A stretch of 63,859 nt of DNA from positions 496,142 to 560,000 of the forward strand of contig CDRPQX010000016.1 in assembly GCA_977030845.1 (NCBI GenBank), written 5' to 3'. The translations under genes and the position numbers were made by a program. Of the stretch, positions 25,801 through 37,869 are shown one piece after another (position 1 is the stretch's first letter; every line of letters starts with the position of its first letter). Below the pieces are notes generated by a model that saw nothing but the letters and a program-made list of their open reading frames with translations, was not told the origin of the DNA and did no database searches. This DNA comes from Fimbriosthenelais zetlandica (taxonomy: Eukaryota).

Positions 25801-28800
25801 ACCAAAATATAGCTAAATGTTGACGAAAGGCCATAGTCAAACCTCGACTCATTCCAGCCTTTAGTTTAACAAGATCTAAACTTGTTGTTCAAGTTTAACT
25901 TTAAATAGAAAATAATAAAAAATGAAGGTGAACGTGGGAGGAATGTGAGGCTGGTGAATAGCATGCCTTCATGTGAGGTCAAAGGTCACGGTTTACATGC
26001 TAGACATGCACCTCTATCAGGCTAGACGCCGCCTTAATGTTTTAGTTTTTTATTTTTAGTTTTTGAAGCATGTTTAGGATGTGTGGGAATCTAAAGATGT
26101 GAACTTAATATTTTATTTTAATACAAGTAGAGGCCTATATAACTAAACTATTTTTGTATATTAATGTAGGCTTCTTGAAATTATTTGAGCTTTTAAATAT
26201 ACTTTTTATTTTAGTTCATGTTGAGGGTGTGTGTGAATTTTAAGATGTTTAGTTTGTATTTTGAGTTTTGTGAATCATGTAAATGTGGGAGTAATGAGAT
26301 GGGTAAAGTTTTAATGTCTACATGAAGGCCATGTCAATATTAACCATGGTTGAGTAAGAACTTCACACGGGGAATTATAGAGCTGAGTATACAGGAAATA
26401 TTAATATCAAACATCACTAGTTATGGTCTAAATATAGTCACAATATCACAACATGAAACACGCGTCATGACCTAATTAAACAAACATGGAAGTCCACCTG
26501 TATTTGTGGACACCGTGTAGGTGTGAGAATCAATCAATACACCTGACATTACCTGTGATCGTCCACCTGTATTTGTGGACACCGTGTAGGTGTGAGAATC
26601 AATCAATACACCTGACATTACCTGTGATCACGTGATCATGGTTTATTATCACTTGATAAGCAATCAATATTCCTCATATCTATATTAACTATATCTACAA
26701 TATCTATATTAATTTAATCTCTGATATCTTTATTAATTTAATCTCTGATATCTTTATTAATTTAATCTCTGATATCTTTATTGATTTTATCTATATCTGT
26801 TCCTATATAGAGGAGTACGTGTCATCTCGTGCTTGTATTGATTTTTAAGTTCAAATATTGACCAGACCTATACATCTTAAATCAGTTTCTTTTCTTAGAA
26901 AGATTAATTTTACATTTTATATCAGTCATTTATCAGTTTGAGGGAGAGAGATATGTGAGTGTTGGGGGGTAAGGGGAGGGGGGGGGGGTGCTGGTATAGG
27001 GTCAGGGATGATGATATATAACGGTACTGATTATCTAATTTACAGTCTTTGAGACAAAAAACCTCATTAAATATTCATAAATCACCTCATTAATATTCAT
27101 CGAGACTTGAGACATTATGAAGTCATGAATAATAATTGACCAGGCTTTGTGTTCGGGGTTACATTTTATGTACATAACCATTTCAGTTTGTCTTCATCCG
27201 TGGGAACAGTTTCTGATAATGAGATTCAATATCACGTCACCTATTATTAGAGTATCTGTGAGACAGCTGAGAGATCTAATGTACAGGTGCTATAGAATAT
27301 ATATATATAAACACGCAACACTTTAGAGAGTGTGAGAAGCAGGGGTTGAAAATGCCATGGACAGCTCGGGATTCGAACCGCTGACCTTCTGATCAATGGT
27401 TACTCCCTGAATGAGGGGCCCACCCCCCAATGCCAGTTATGAGCAATGTTTAACATTGTTTCTGTATGTTTAACATTGTTAATGGAGGGGTACAGGCGTC
27501 ACTTGGCTGACTGTGTACAGGCGTCACTTGGCTGACTGTGTACAGGCGTCACTTGGCTGACTGTGTACAGGCGTCACTTGGCTGACTGTGTACAGGCGTC
27601 ACTTGGCTGACTATGTACAGGCGTCACTTGGCTGACTGTGTACAGGCGTCACTTGGCTGACTGTGTACAGGCGTCACTTGGCTGACTATGTACAGGCGTC
27701 ACTTGGCTGACTGTGTACAGGCGTCACTTGGCTGACTGTGTACAGGCGTCACTTGGCTGACTGTGTACAGGCGTCACTTGGCTGACTGTGTACAGGCGTC
27801 ACTTGGCTGACTGTGTACAGGCGTCACTTGGCTGACTGTCAGTATAGATAAAGGCTGACTGAGGAAGCTATAAGACAGTGAATGGAGTTTGGCAGGTGAA
27901 GGTCTGTCAGTAGCCAGGAACTAGAGTGGCTGGTATGACAGCTGCCATGAGATAGCTGTCATATATTACCTGACATGCTCCAGCTCCTGTCACCTCACGC
28001 CCCATGCATAATAATTATTATAGTACCATAAAATCCACAGTGACAATTGCTTTATTTCTTACTTTATGCTGTTTATTTTACCGCCCTTTAGGTGTTTTTT
28101 CATGAATATTTTTTATTTTTTACATTGCTATTGCTTTGTAACCCCCATATCAATATATAGTTGGGTTTTTTTTAGTTTTTTTATTTCTATCCAATATGTA
28201 ACCCCCATATCAAAGAGTGTAGGATAATACATATCAATACTTAGTATTATTTTTGTATTTTTTCAGATTATACGTAGTGATAAGAAGCCATTGTCTCCCG
28301 TCCTCACACCTCAATGAAAGCGTAGGAATACATGACAAAAATAGTCCCACAACTCAGGACAACCAGGAAATAGTCCCACCTGACCTCTACAGGTCATATC
28401 AAGGTCAACAAAGGTCACCTTGTGCCCCGTCTGAGGACTTGATCTCTCCCTCTACTCCTCTACTACTCCTCAAGTTCTGCCATCTTGGAGTGTCATATAA
28501 ACTGTTCATATTGACAGTTCTTGGTCATACTGACAGTTGGTTGTGACATTGACACTTGGTTGTGACATTGACAGTTGGTTGTGACATTGACAGTTAGTTG
28601 TGACCTTGTAACGACCTTGTCAATCAAGATGGCGGTGAGTTTTGATTCACCGGAGCCTAAATTCATGATGGATTCCATCATTCAGCAGGCTGTGACGTCA
28701 GGACGCTCAGCTCTCTCCCCGACCAGCCCACGTGACCCCAGCTGGGGCGGATATGACGTCACTGACAGTAGTGAACGTCATCCACGGATGGACGTCATCC

Positions 28801-28928
28801 TGGACTGTCTCAACTCACCGTCAGGGGAGCGTCTGTCGTCACGGGGACGTCATTGTTACGTCATTCCCCGCGGGATGGGAGCGACGTCATACGTCTACCT
28901 CGCTGCCAACGACGGAGCGAAAAAATGA
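24774..28928 (+). CDS. Candidate 2-exon small protein of unknown function (68 aa, MAPRDPSWGGYDVT...YVYLAANDGAKK)
   Basis: Exon 24774-24778 (ATG GC|gtaaga) after ACTTCCGG and AAAATGGC motifs; phase-matching acceptor gctctctccccgaccag before 28727; open to TGA 28928; CpG-rich like the other exons. No family recognised. Confidence 0.4.
25294..25332. repeat. Perfect 18-bp inverted repeat with 3-nt loop
   Basis: taattaaacttcaggtaa-gtt-ttacctgaagtttaatta. Confidence 0.9.
27490..27839. repeat. 25-bp minisatellite (gtacaggcgtcacttggctgactgt), 14 units
   Basis: Direct reading. Confidence 0.95.
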
Positions 28929-31660
28929 GACGCAGACGGATGTAACTTGAATTACTAGATTTAACATATAGGCCTAGCTAGAATTAATACCATATTATCA
29001 CCAACTCACAGGTTTACAGTCATGGGGCGTGGGGGTGGTGGGATCCAGTCTTGTGTGTCAAAAATGTAGGCATATTTGAGGAAATTATTTTCTTTATTTT
29101 TAGGCCTATCCCGGTTTCTATTTGGATTTATAGTGGTAGATCTATTCCGGTCAACAATAGGCCTAATATAGGTTAGCCTACCATATTCAATGAAGGAGGA
29201 AATATTAGGGAGTCTCTGGCTGACTTATTTAGCCTATTCCACAAATTTAGCATCAATTAGGCCTAATTTCACCTAATGTATGGCCATAAAAATGCTAAAA
29301 CCTTGTGCTCTTAAAACAGTTTGGATGGGACCTACTTCTACCGGGAATTAATCCTACTTTTACACCATATTTAGAGAGAAATCATTGAGAAGCGTAGTTA
29401 GACAGAATGCCGCTGGTGCCATGGGTGGCGGTAGCGAGCAATTGACCATATCAACAGAGCGTAGTTCCTCAGAATGCCGCTGGTACCAGTGGTGGCAGTA
29501 ACGGTGGGTGCTCGGGTCATAGCCTCCAAACAAACCCCAAATCTATACGCACTGACAGCTTTAATACCTTATAAACATAATGTCAGACTTATTTAATGTT
29601 ATAAGTACAGGTGAAGTCTATTTTTGTCTGTTTACAGACACCGGATATGATCCTTTCAATGTAAACAACTTTGTTCAGTTCCGCCCTGCTCCGGCCGTGT
29701 CGCACGTGCTGGGGCAGGAGATGGTCGCCGAAAAAGTGGTCACAGTAGCCTTCCCCCCGACTGACACCACCCAAAACATCACTAAAACACATCTACAGAC
29801 ACTTATACTCATGTACAACCACTTTGTGTAAGATTAATGCTGATTATACCGACCTTTTCGCTAGTTTTCGGAACCGTTGTTGATCGTGGGCTTCCCCGCT
29901 GCTGTGACGCGTCACAAAGTGATGACGTAGTACACAATACACAGCGGGGGATACCCCGGGCCGAGGGAATCCCCGGAGTCGTGCTCGGGATCCGTTGATC
30001 CGACGGCAAACTCAACTTCTCTCTTAACTTTAGACATGAAAGCACTATCCCAGCCTTGTAACTCAGGTACCAAATGAATGATAGATTATTTGAGAACCTG
30101 TAGTAAGAGTGGTGTAAGCTGTCATGTCCGTTTCTTTCTCTCCGCACACAAATATCGGGGCGGTATCTGCCGGATCGGGAAGCCCGGTGGCTCAGGCGAG
30201 AAGGGGTGTCAGTCCTGGGGGTTCAGGCGTTGGGATTCCCTCCCCTATCCCTTGTGATTTCCCCTACCCAGGTCTAAAACTAATCTATGACTGTAAATCT
30301 GTGAATTGCTGATGATTTAGTTTATTTTGACAGTATCTGGCATGTTTACATTCAGCTTTACCTTGCAGGCTTGATGTAGACTACATGTAGATGTTATGTA
30401 GGTTTCAGGTATTTGTCATATGTTTGTCCTTTTGGATGAAGAAAAAATATTGAATATATTAAATATTATAGCAGGGGACGGGTGTCTCGATATTGTACTG
30501 TAATCTATGTTTATAGCCTGCTTTACATTGACTACCCGGTATAAGTTACTGAGAGGGGACAGGGGGTGGAGGAGGGGGGAATGGACACGAACTGGCAGAA
30601 GAAGGGAAGGGGAAACAGGCGGGGAAATGGAAGGATACGGGGATAGAAGGGGAAGGAGAAGGGCTTAGGAAAATATGTTGGGAATAAGGAAAAAATAAAA
30701 TATTAAAATGAGGGAGAATAGGCCTGAATTATTGTGATTTTTGTGTGAATTAAATTATAGTCCTCCTTAATGTGCTGGTACACAGTTACCCCCAGACAGT
30801 ATTCACACAGATTATAATCAGACAGTCTATTATAAGACAGATTAATCAGACAGACTAGAATCAGAGAGATTATAATAAGACAGTCATTACTAAAACAAAC
30901 ACTTGAATTACACGTTGATTCCATACAGCCAAAATATAGCACGGCGCCGTATGTCCTGATTGGACAGTATATCCTGCTTTACAGCCAATAGCGTGCTTGA
31001 TTGTATATTTTTTAAATTACTAAAAGGTATTCTCTGATTGGTGACAATGAGCCTGTAATAGAATTGTAAAAGGAGGCTCTAAGGTCTACAAAGAAGAATT
31101 GATGGAACTATAGACTGCAGGGTTGTGCTGGCAACACATGTGTCATTGCCCAGGGCCAATCCTGGAACTATACCTTCCCCCTATATCGATATACGCCTTT
31201 ATATCTCTATAAGTGTATAACCATGTGATTATCTGATAGTGTAAGATCCACCGCGTGGAGATGTTAGTAATTATTACATGATGGCCGTCCATCATTCAGG
31301 TTAATGATGACGTCATTATGTTAATTAGTATGTAAATGACCTCTGTGATCATCTGAGATGAGGTAACCATGGTAAAGTTATCATAATATTCATGTGACGG
31401 GCGATGATTGAAAATAAAGTCTAAGAAAAGGTACTTAAGTTTCATTTGATTGATTAATTATTATTTATTTCTTTTTCATCTAATTATTCAGTACAGCAGA
31501 TTAAATATTCATGAGAAGGAAGGCACGAGTAGAAATAATGTTAATATTCCTGGTAAACATGAAGAACAGTCACTTTCCTGATATGAAATTTATATATATG
31601 TGAGAAAGTTGGTAGATAGACCAAGGCATGACATCCCTTGACCATGATGAGTATGGTCGT

Positions 31661-32197
31661 CATGTAGATGACGTCATCATGCACGTGACCATGGTAACCA
31701 TGACTATAGTCGTCATGTAGATGACGTCATCATGCACGTGACCATGGTAACCATGACTATAGTCGTCATGTAGATGACGTCATCACGCACGTGACCATGG
31801 TAACCATGACTATAGTCGTCATGTAGATGACGTCATCACGCACGTGACCATGGTAACCATGACTATAGTCGTCATGTAGATGACGTCATCATGCACGTGA
31901 CCATGGTAACCATGACTATAGTCGTCATGTAGATGACGTCATCATGCACGTGACCATGGTAACCATGACTATAGTCGTCATGTAGATGACGTCATCACGC
32001 ACGTGACCATGGTAACCATGACTATAGTCGTCATGTAGATGACGTCATCATGCACGTGACCATGGTAACCATGACTATAGTCGTCATGTAGATGACGTCA
32101 TCATGCACGTGACCATGGTAACCATGACTATAGTCGTCATGTAGATGACGTCATCACGCACGTGACCATGGTAACCATGACTATAGTCGTCATGTAG
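31661..32197. repeat. 53-bp array overlapping the oxidase C-terminus and stop, 10 units
   Basis: Units at 31661+53n to 32138; on the minus strand the first unit encodes MTTIVMVTMVTCVMTSST-stop. Confidence 0.95.
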
Positions 32198-35100
32198 TAG
32201 TCATGTAGCCTTGTGGCGCCACCTATCGGGGCGGTGGTGGGAACCTCACCGCTGAACACCGTGTTTCTAAGCGCGTCGTTGAGGAAGACGTCGTCAGTGT
32301 CGAGTCGCCGGAAGTGACGTACTTCTCTGAGCTGCTGTAAGGCGGCGCTGTAGTCGTTATTAACGTCACGTGACCAGAAGTCTGTGAGGAAGGCGTGTTT
32401 CTTACCGAGGTGTGGGAACACGTTCAGACCCGAGTCCCGTAAAGCTGTGTATAACTAGAGATAATATACACATTATTACAGACTTCATGGAGGCCTAGAT
32501 GGCCTGGAAGTCAAACTTAAATGTTTACCAGTACTTGAAAAGCCCTGGGAAAACTAGTCATAATCCTGGACAGTTGGAAAAATAATGAAAAATGTTTTTT
32601 TTTAAGTGGAAAAGAGTTGAGAGTGGCCTTGATTGTAGAAGTCATCAGAAGTTACTGACCCGTCGTGAGAAGTCCTCGGTGGCGCCCTCTGGCCCGTGTA
32701 GCAGCAGGTTGATACCCAGAACGAGGCTGGAGACGTTAGCCACCTGAGACGGGCAGAGATAACACGTGTTTTCTCCCCTCCTCATCCAGGAGAGTTCTAC
32801 TCCAGCTACAGGAAGTCCCACCTCCTGAACGACCCAGCCACGCAGCACGACAGACAAGACCTGACAACACAACACAGGCGATTAAACAGACTGCCCTGCC
32901 ACCTAGTGTATGAAGAAAACGTCCACTTGTAGACATGGCTACTTCCGGTTTATCTGTAGCCTATTGCTATTGGTTGGTAGTGGGGAATCTTCACAAACGA
33001 TTCTCAGCTGATGTCAATGGATTAGTCTGAATGTTACAGATTATCTTTGACCTTTGACCTACCTGTATGGCTGTCCGGCTGACCTTTGACCTACCTGTAT
33101 CACTGCCCGGCTGACCTTTGACCTTTGACCTACCTGTATGGCCGTCCTGCTGCCTGTATAGTCCATCTCGTCCTCGTCGTTGATAAACAGCTCCACCTGG
33201 CTGTGGTGGGGGATGTTACTGTCTGTATGGATGAGCTGCTGTAGATAACCGGTAGACTCCCACTCATAGACAGGGACAGACTCACTCACCTATATAAAGA
33301 CAGACAGGTAGACAGATAGATATACAGGTAGATAAATAAACAGTCTGTACAAATTTCAATAAGTTGAAAAAAAAAGACAAAACAGTGCGTCAATTCCTTG
33401 TACAATATTTCATTGATGCCCCTGATCTTTACTGAATTATAGCTGACCTAAAGGTGTGGAGTATACTTACATTGATGTTTGTTACATCAGGGACGTACTT
33501 GGTGGTAAAACCTGACTGTGGCTGGAGCAGGTGGAATGACCTGACGCGCATCATATCATGATGAGGTAGCCAGGCGACCAGCTCATCATACCCGGCCCTG
33601 GATCCTCCCTCCATGATGAGATCCAGATCATCCTGACTCACATTGACCAGTACCGGCCAGTATACTGACCACGAGAACGTGGATCTCATCAACCAGTCAA
33701 TGGTCAGCCGGTCTGATACAAGGTCATTCAAGGTCAGGTCAATGACGCGCCCAGCGGCCATGACACCTAGCGGCTGTACCTGAAACAAGATGGCCGCCAT
33801 CAGCAGGGGTGGATTGAGGCAAAACTTATTTAATCAAAATACTTTAAAAGGTACATATTTCAGCACCGGTTAAGGATTAGATACTAGGAGAAAGGAGCTG
33901 GAATAGGGAAGAGAAAACTGGACTAGAGAAGAGAAAACTAGACTCGAAGAGAAAGCTAAACCAAACAAGAGAAGACGAGACTAGAAAAGAAAGCTACACT
34001 AGAGAAGAGAGGACTTAAAGACCAAAGGAAAGGAGCACCAATTAAGGATTAAAAACTGGAAGAGAAAAGCTTGACTAGAAGGGAAAGCCAGACTAGAAGA
34101 GACAGCTGTACTATACCCACCTGTAACGTGACGTTAAGTATGACGCCGCACGCACCCAGACAGGCACGTAACGCCCCCAGCACGTCACCGTCATCCGTCA
34201 CTGTGACGTCACGGACGTCACCGTCACCTGTCACTACTGTCATCGCTGTCACCATGTCAGACATGCTGTCATCTAACCACTGACTGCCCTGAAAAACACA
34301 AGAAATACATCAACACTGAGGAGGTAGTCATAAACAGCAGTGGGGAGGGCGACAGGCTATGGATCGACCAACTGAATGTAAGAGGACTGAGGGGGGCGGC
34401 AGCCGGAGGATCGACTAACTGCATGTTTTGTCCTTAGATATCTAGGGGAAACTTCTTGCGGCCCATGCAGTTTTAACTTGACAGCTAGAACAGCTACACA
34501 GTCGCAAGCACTGCCAAACAGTCCCTTGTTACTAGCAGCTGGATGACAAAAGAGAGGGCCGCCAGATTATCGTGACTGTAGGGCCGTATTATAGTGAAGT
34601 AAGGAGCATGTTAACAGATCGTAGACTTACATGAGAGGATGTAGACACGAGCCCGCCTATAGTAGCGTTAGTGAACGTACTGGGTGAAGTGAAGGTGAGG
34701 TCATGAGGCAGGAGCAGCTCATTCAGCTCCCATAGTCTGAGGCTAGATACAGCTCTCACCTGCCACGACTGGATGGCTCGAGTCTATGAAAAAATCGATC
34801 AAGTAAGAAACTAAAATATCCACTACCTTAGATCAATTATAACAGGTAGTGGAGGGAGATAGCCACTAATCGACCAAGATCAATTATGACAGGTAGTGGA
34901 GGGCGATAGCCGCTAATCGTCCAAGTGGGTAAGTAAAATATCCACAACCTTAGATCAATTATAACAGGTAGTGGAGGGAGATAGCAACTAATCGACCAAG
35001 TCAGAAAGTAAAATATCCATTAAGTTAGATCAATTATAACAGGTAGTGGAGGGAGATGGCCACTAATCGACCAAGTGAGAAAGTAAAATATCCACAACCT

Positions 35101-36042
35101 TAGATCAATTATAACAGGTAGTGGATGGAGATAGCAACTAATCGACCAAGTGAGAAAGTAAACTATCCATTAACTTAAATCTTATAACAGCCAGTGAAGG
35201 GAGATAAGGAGATGAAGGGACCTACCGGACAGACGAGGTCTATGAGCTGCTCGAGTGACTCGTTGATTGACCGCTGGTAGGCGCTCATGTCCAGTAATAT
35301 TTGACCTTCATCAGGGTAGAGGTCAGACCATGAGGTAGCGCCTCCTACCGGCCGCAGCTTGACCCCGCGTGACCTCGCTACATCCACTGTATGCTGGACA
35401 TGGTCAGTGGTCAGTGGCTTGACCAGGATGACTGCTGACCGCTCTATGTTACCCCCCGCGTTAATAAAACTAGAGATGTCAGCGTCTATACCGAGAGACA
35501 GTAGGTCGTCCAGCACAGTCACTGAGTCTGATGAGGGAGTCATATATTTAACATAAATATACACATATATCATGATTATTAAACTTAGTTATTAAACATT
35601 CCATGAAAGTAAATAGTGACATATTTAACATATAAATAGCACATATATATACCATGAGAGACTTATTAAACATACCATGAGGGTAAATACTGATGTATTT
35701 AATATAGAAATATATTATATCATGATGGAATAGTGATTAAACATATGATGAGGGTCAATAGTGATGTATTAAACATGGATCCACTCACCTACATTCTGAC
35801 CAGAGATCAGGGATGAAAAGTAGATCACAGAAAACTGAAAAAAGAAGCGTGGAATTTAATAATCTCGAATAATAATAACTTCCAAATCTATATCTAACTT
35901 CAAGACTGGATTATACCTGACGAACTGCCGAGAACTCATGAATTTAATGTTTAACAATTATCAAATGATACAGTAACTTATTCAGGATTATGTAGCCTAC
36001 CTGTAATAAGATAATCCGCTGATATAGAGGTAGTCTGGCCAT
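32137..36042 (-). CDS. Secreted FAD-linked oxidase, L-gulonolactone oxidase / D-arabinono-1,4-lactone oxidase family (564 aa, 9 exons)
   Basis: Exons 36042-36001, 35834-35789, 35527-35226, 34783-34631, 34288-34121, 33779-33471, 33289-33134, 32860-32660, 32454-32137 (1695 nt, phases consistent). Signal peptide MARLPLYQRIILLQFSVIYFSSLISG; PCMH-type FAD motifs KLRPVGGATSWS, ATIGGLVSTSSHGS, LGACGVILNVTL; C-terminal PHLGK...RRLD..DVFLN. Confidence 0.85.
34790..35170. repeat. Intronic imperfect tandem repeat (core tagatcaattataacaggtagtggagggagatagc..ctaatcgaccaag), 5-6 units
   Basis: Intron 3 of the oxidase. Confidence 0.85.
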
Positions 36043-36558
36043 TAGTAACCATGTATTAATCCACCATGTTAGTATGATAATCTGTATGAGGTAATGAATC
36101 TATATCTGACTTATATCATGTAATGTATCTATATCTTATACCACTCAGTGTGCGATGAGGCGTATCATGGTCAGTGAACCGTGACGAGTGCTATAACTCA
36201 TGAGTTATTACACGTGCGTTATGATAATTATGTTATGATTTTTACACTCTATAATGAACAGCTCTATAACTCTATAGCTGTAGAATATACAGCTTATTTC
36301 AAGTCAGGTTTGGACTGATTGAGGTTTAATATTGCAGCAAGTGAAGGAAACACGGCATTGGTTCTGTTGTCTACTCCTGTGGTTGTTACATAACCATGCC
36401 ATGCTGTCCCCAGCTTACTTGGTCGTTGCGGTGAATGTCGAGTAAGGCATAGTCCCGGCACACTCTCTGGTCGTTGCTGTGGGGTTTAAGCCATCCGTTT
36501 TTTAGTCTTATATATATAATGTTTTGTTTCCCACCTTCTCCTGTGCTATAGTATATGT

Positions 36559-37869
36559 TTAGGTTTGTGAGTCGGTCATATAGGCGGGATTATCCCTGAC
36601 CATCTCACCCTCCCCCTCTACAGTGATCTTATCCAGGCTTATCCTGCTCCCTACCCCTCCTACATGCGAGATCTCAGTCAAACTCTCTCCTCCCTTCTCC
36701 TCTCTTTCTCCTACCATCTGTCCCTGGTTCTCCCCTGTTCCTCTCCCTCCCCGTGTCCCTTCCCCTGCTCTCCCTCGCCCTGCCTCTCTCCCTTTCCCAT
36801 CACCCTCTTCCCCTCCTGCTCCGCCTCTCTCTCCCTTTCTCACTGCCTCTCTTCTCCCTGTCCCACCCTGTTTTAAACACCTCCCACACAGCAGCAGTTT
36901 CAGCTGTTCTCTGAACACGGATCCACTCAGACCGTAGAAGAGACCGTTGAGTATATGATTAGCCCCGGTCACGTTGAGCAGCCAGCCTCGAGTCATCAGC
37001 TCTATCTCACTGTCATCTCCCGCCCACTCATATACGGGGAACGCCATGGACAGCAGGACGAACGCCAGACAGTTGACAGTCAGCATGACAGTCAGACCTT
37101 TATTCTCCAGCTTCCTGCTTCCTCCACTCACTCTCCTCCTGATGAGGGTCACAATGATAGCTCCGTTACAGGCCAGGATAATAGAGGAGGGTACTAGAGA
37201 GTACATGATCACATTCACCTCAGGGTAGGCGTATGAGTCCCCGGTCTCCGGCTCTACCAGTATGGTGGGTAGATAAAGCAGACATATCAACATGATCATA
37301 ATGATACTGGTGAGTAACATGCGGGATTTAGTGAAGATCCTTTTGACGTGGAATGGGAAGATGACAGCTGTGAAGCGCTCCAGGCTCAGTAAGGCACACA
37401 TGAAGCCACTAGACGTACCACACACCTGGATGAGCCAGGTACCGGTCAGGTTCAGGCGTCCGTCCTCCACGGTCTGTGGCTGTGAGGTGGTGAGGGTGTG
37501 ATAGACACTAACTGTATTATAGACCAGGATCATCCCGTTATCCATGACAGCCAGGATACGAGCTGTCACTGAGAACGGCAGACAGGAGAAGACAGGACGA
37601 CAGAAGACGAGGAAACATAGCGTGTTCCCGACCACACCCAGGGCTGAGAACGACAGACGGAGTAACTCATGAGGCGCTAGGTGGCCCCTGACAGTATTGG
37701 TGGTGTTTAGGTGGTCCTGCATTGTTACTGTACTGTTTAGGTGGTCCTGTATTGTTACTGTACTGTTTAGGTGGTCCTGTATTGTTACTGTACTGTTTAG
37801 GTGGTCCATTATGGTTGGTGTAGTGTTTAGGTGGTCCATTATGGTTGGTGTAGTGTTTAGATGGTCCAT
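36559..37869 (-). CDS. Intronless class A (rhodopsin-like) 7TM GPCR, orphan peptide/chemosensory-receptor type (436 aa from first ATG)
   Basis: Seven hydrophobic segments; GN in TM1, LAxxD in TM2, SLERF at TM3 end, NxxFY..SG..FR in TM7/helix 8. ORF track start 37905 is GTG; first ATG is 37869. Confidence 0.9.
   Translation of the reverse strand: MDHLNTTPTIMDHLNTTPTIMDHLNSTVTIQDHLNSTVTIQDHLNSTVTMQDHLNTTNTVRGHLAPHELLRLSFSALGVVGNTLCFLVFCRPVFSCLPFSVTARILAVMDNGMILVYNTVSVYHTLTTSQPQTVEDGRLNLTGTWLIQVCGTSSGFMCALLSLERFTAVIFPFHVKRIFTKSRMLLTSIIMIMLICLLYLPTILVEPETGDSYAYPEVNVIMYSLVPSSIILACNGAIIVTLIRRRVSGGSRKLENKGLTVMLTVNCLAFVLLSMAFPVYEWAGDDSEIELMTRGWLLNVTGANHILNGLFYGLSGSVFREQLKLLLCGRCLKQGGTGRREAVRKGERGGAGGEEGDGKGREAGRGRAGEGTRGGRGTGENQGQMVGEREEKGGESLTEISHVGGVGSRISLDKITVEGEGEMVRDNPAYMTDSQT

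Noticed and set aside
29638-29831. Possible exon after tttacag (DTGYDPFNVNNFVQFRPAP...)
   Set aside because: Good acceptor and one open frame, but no recognisable domain and no phase-compatible partner exon found; left uncalled.
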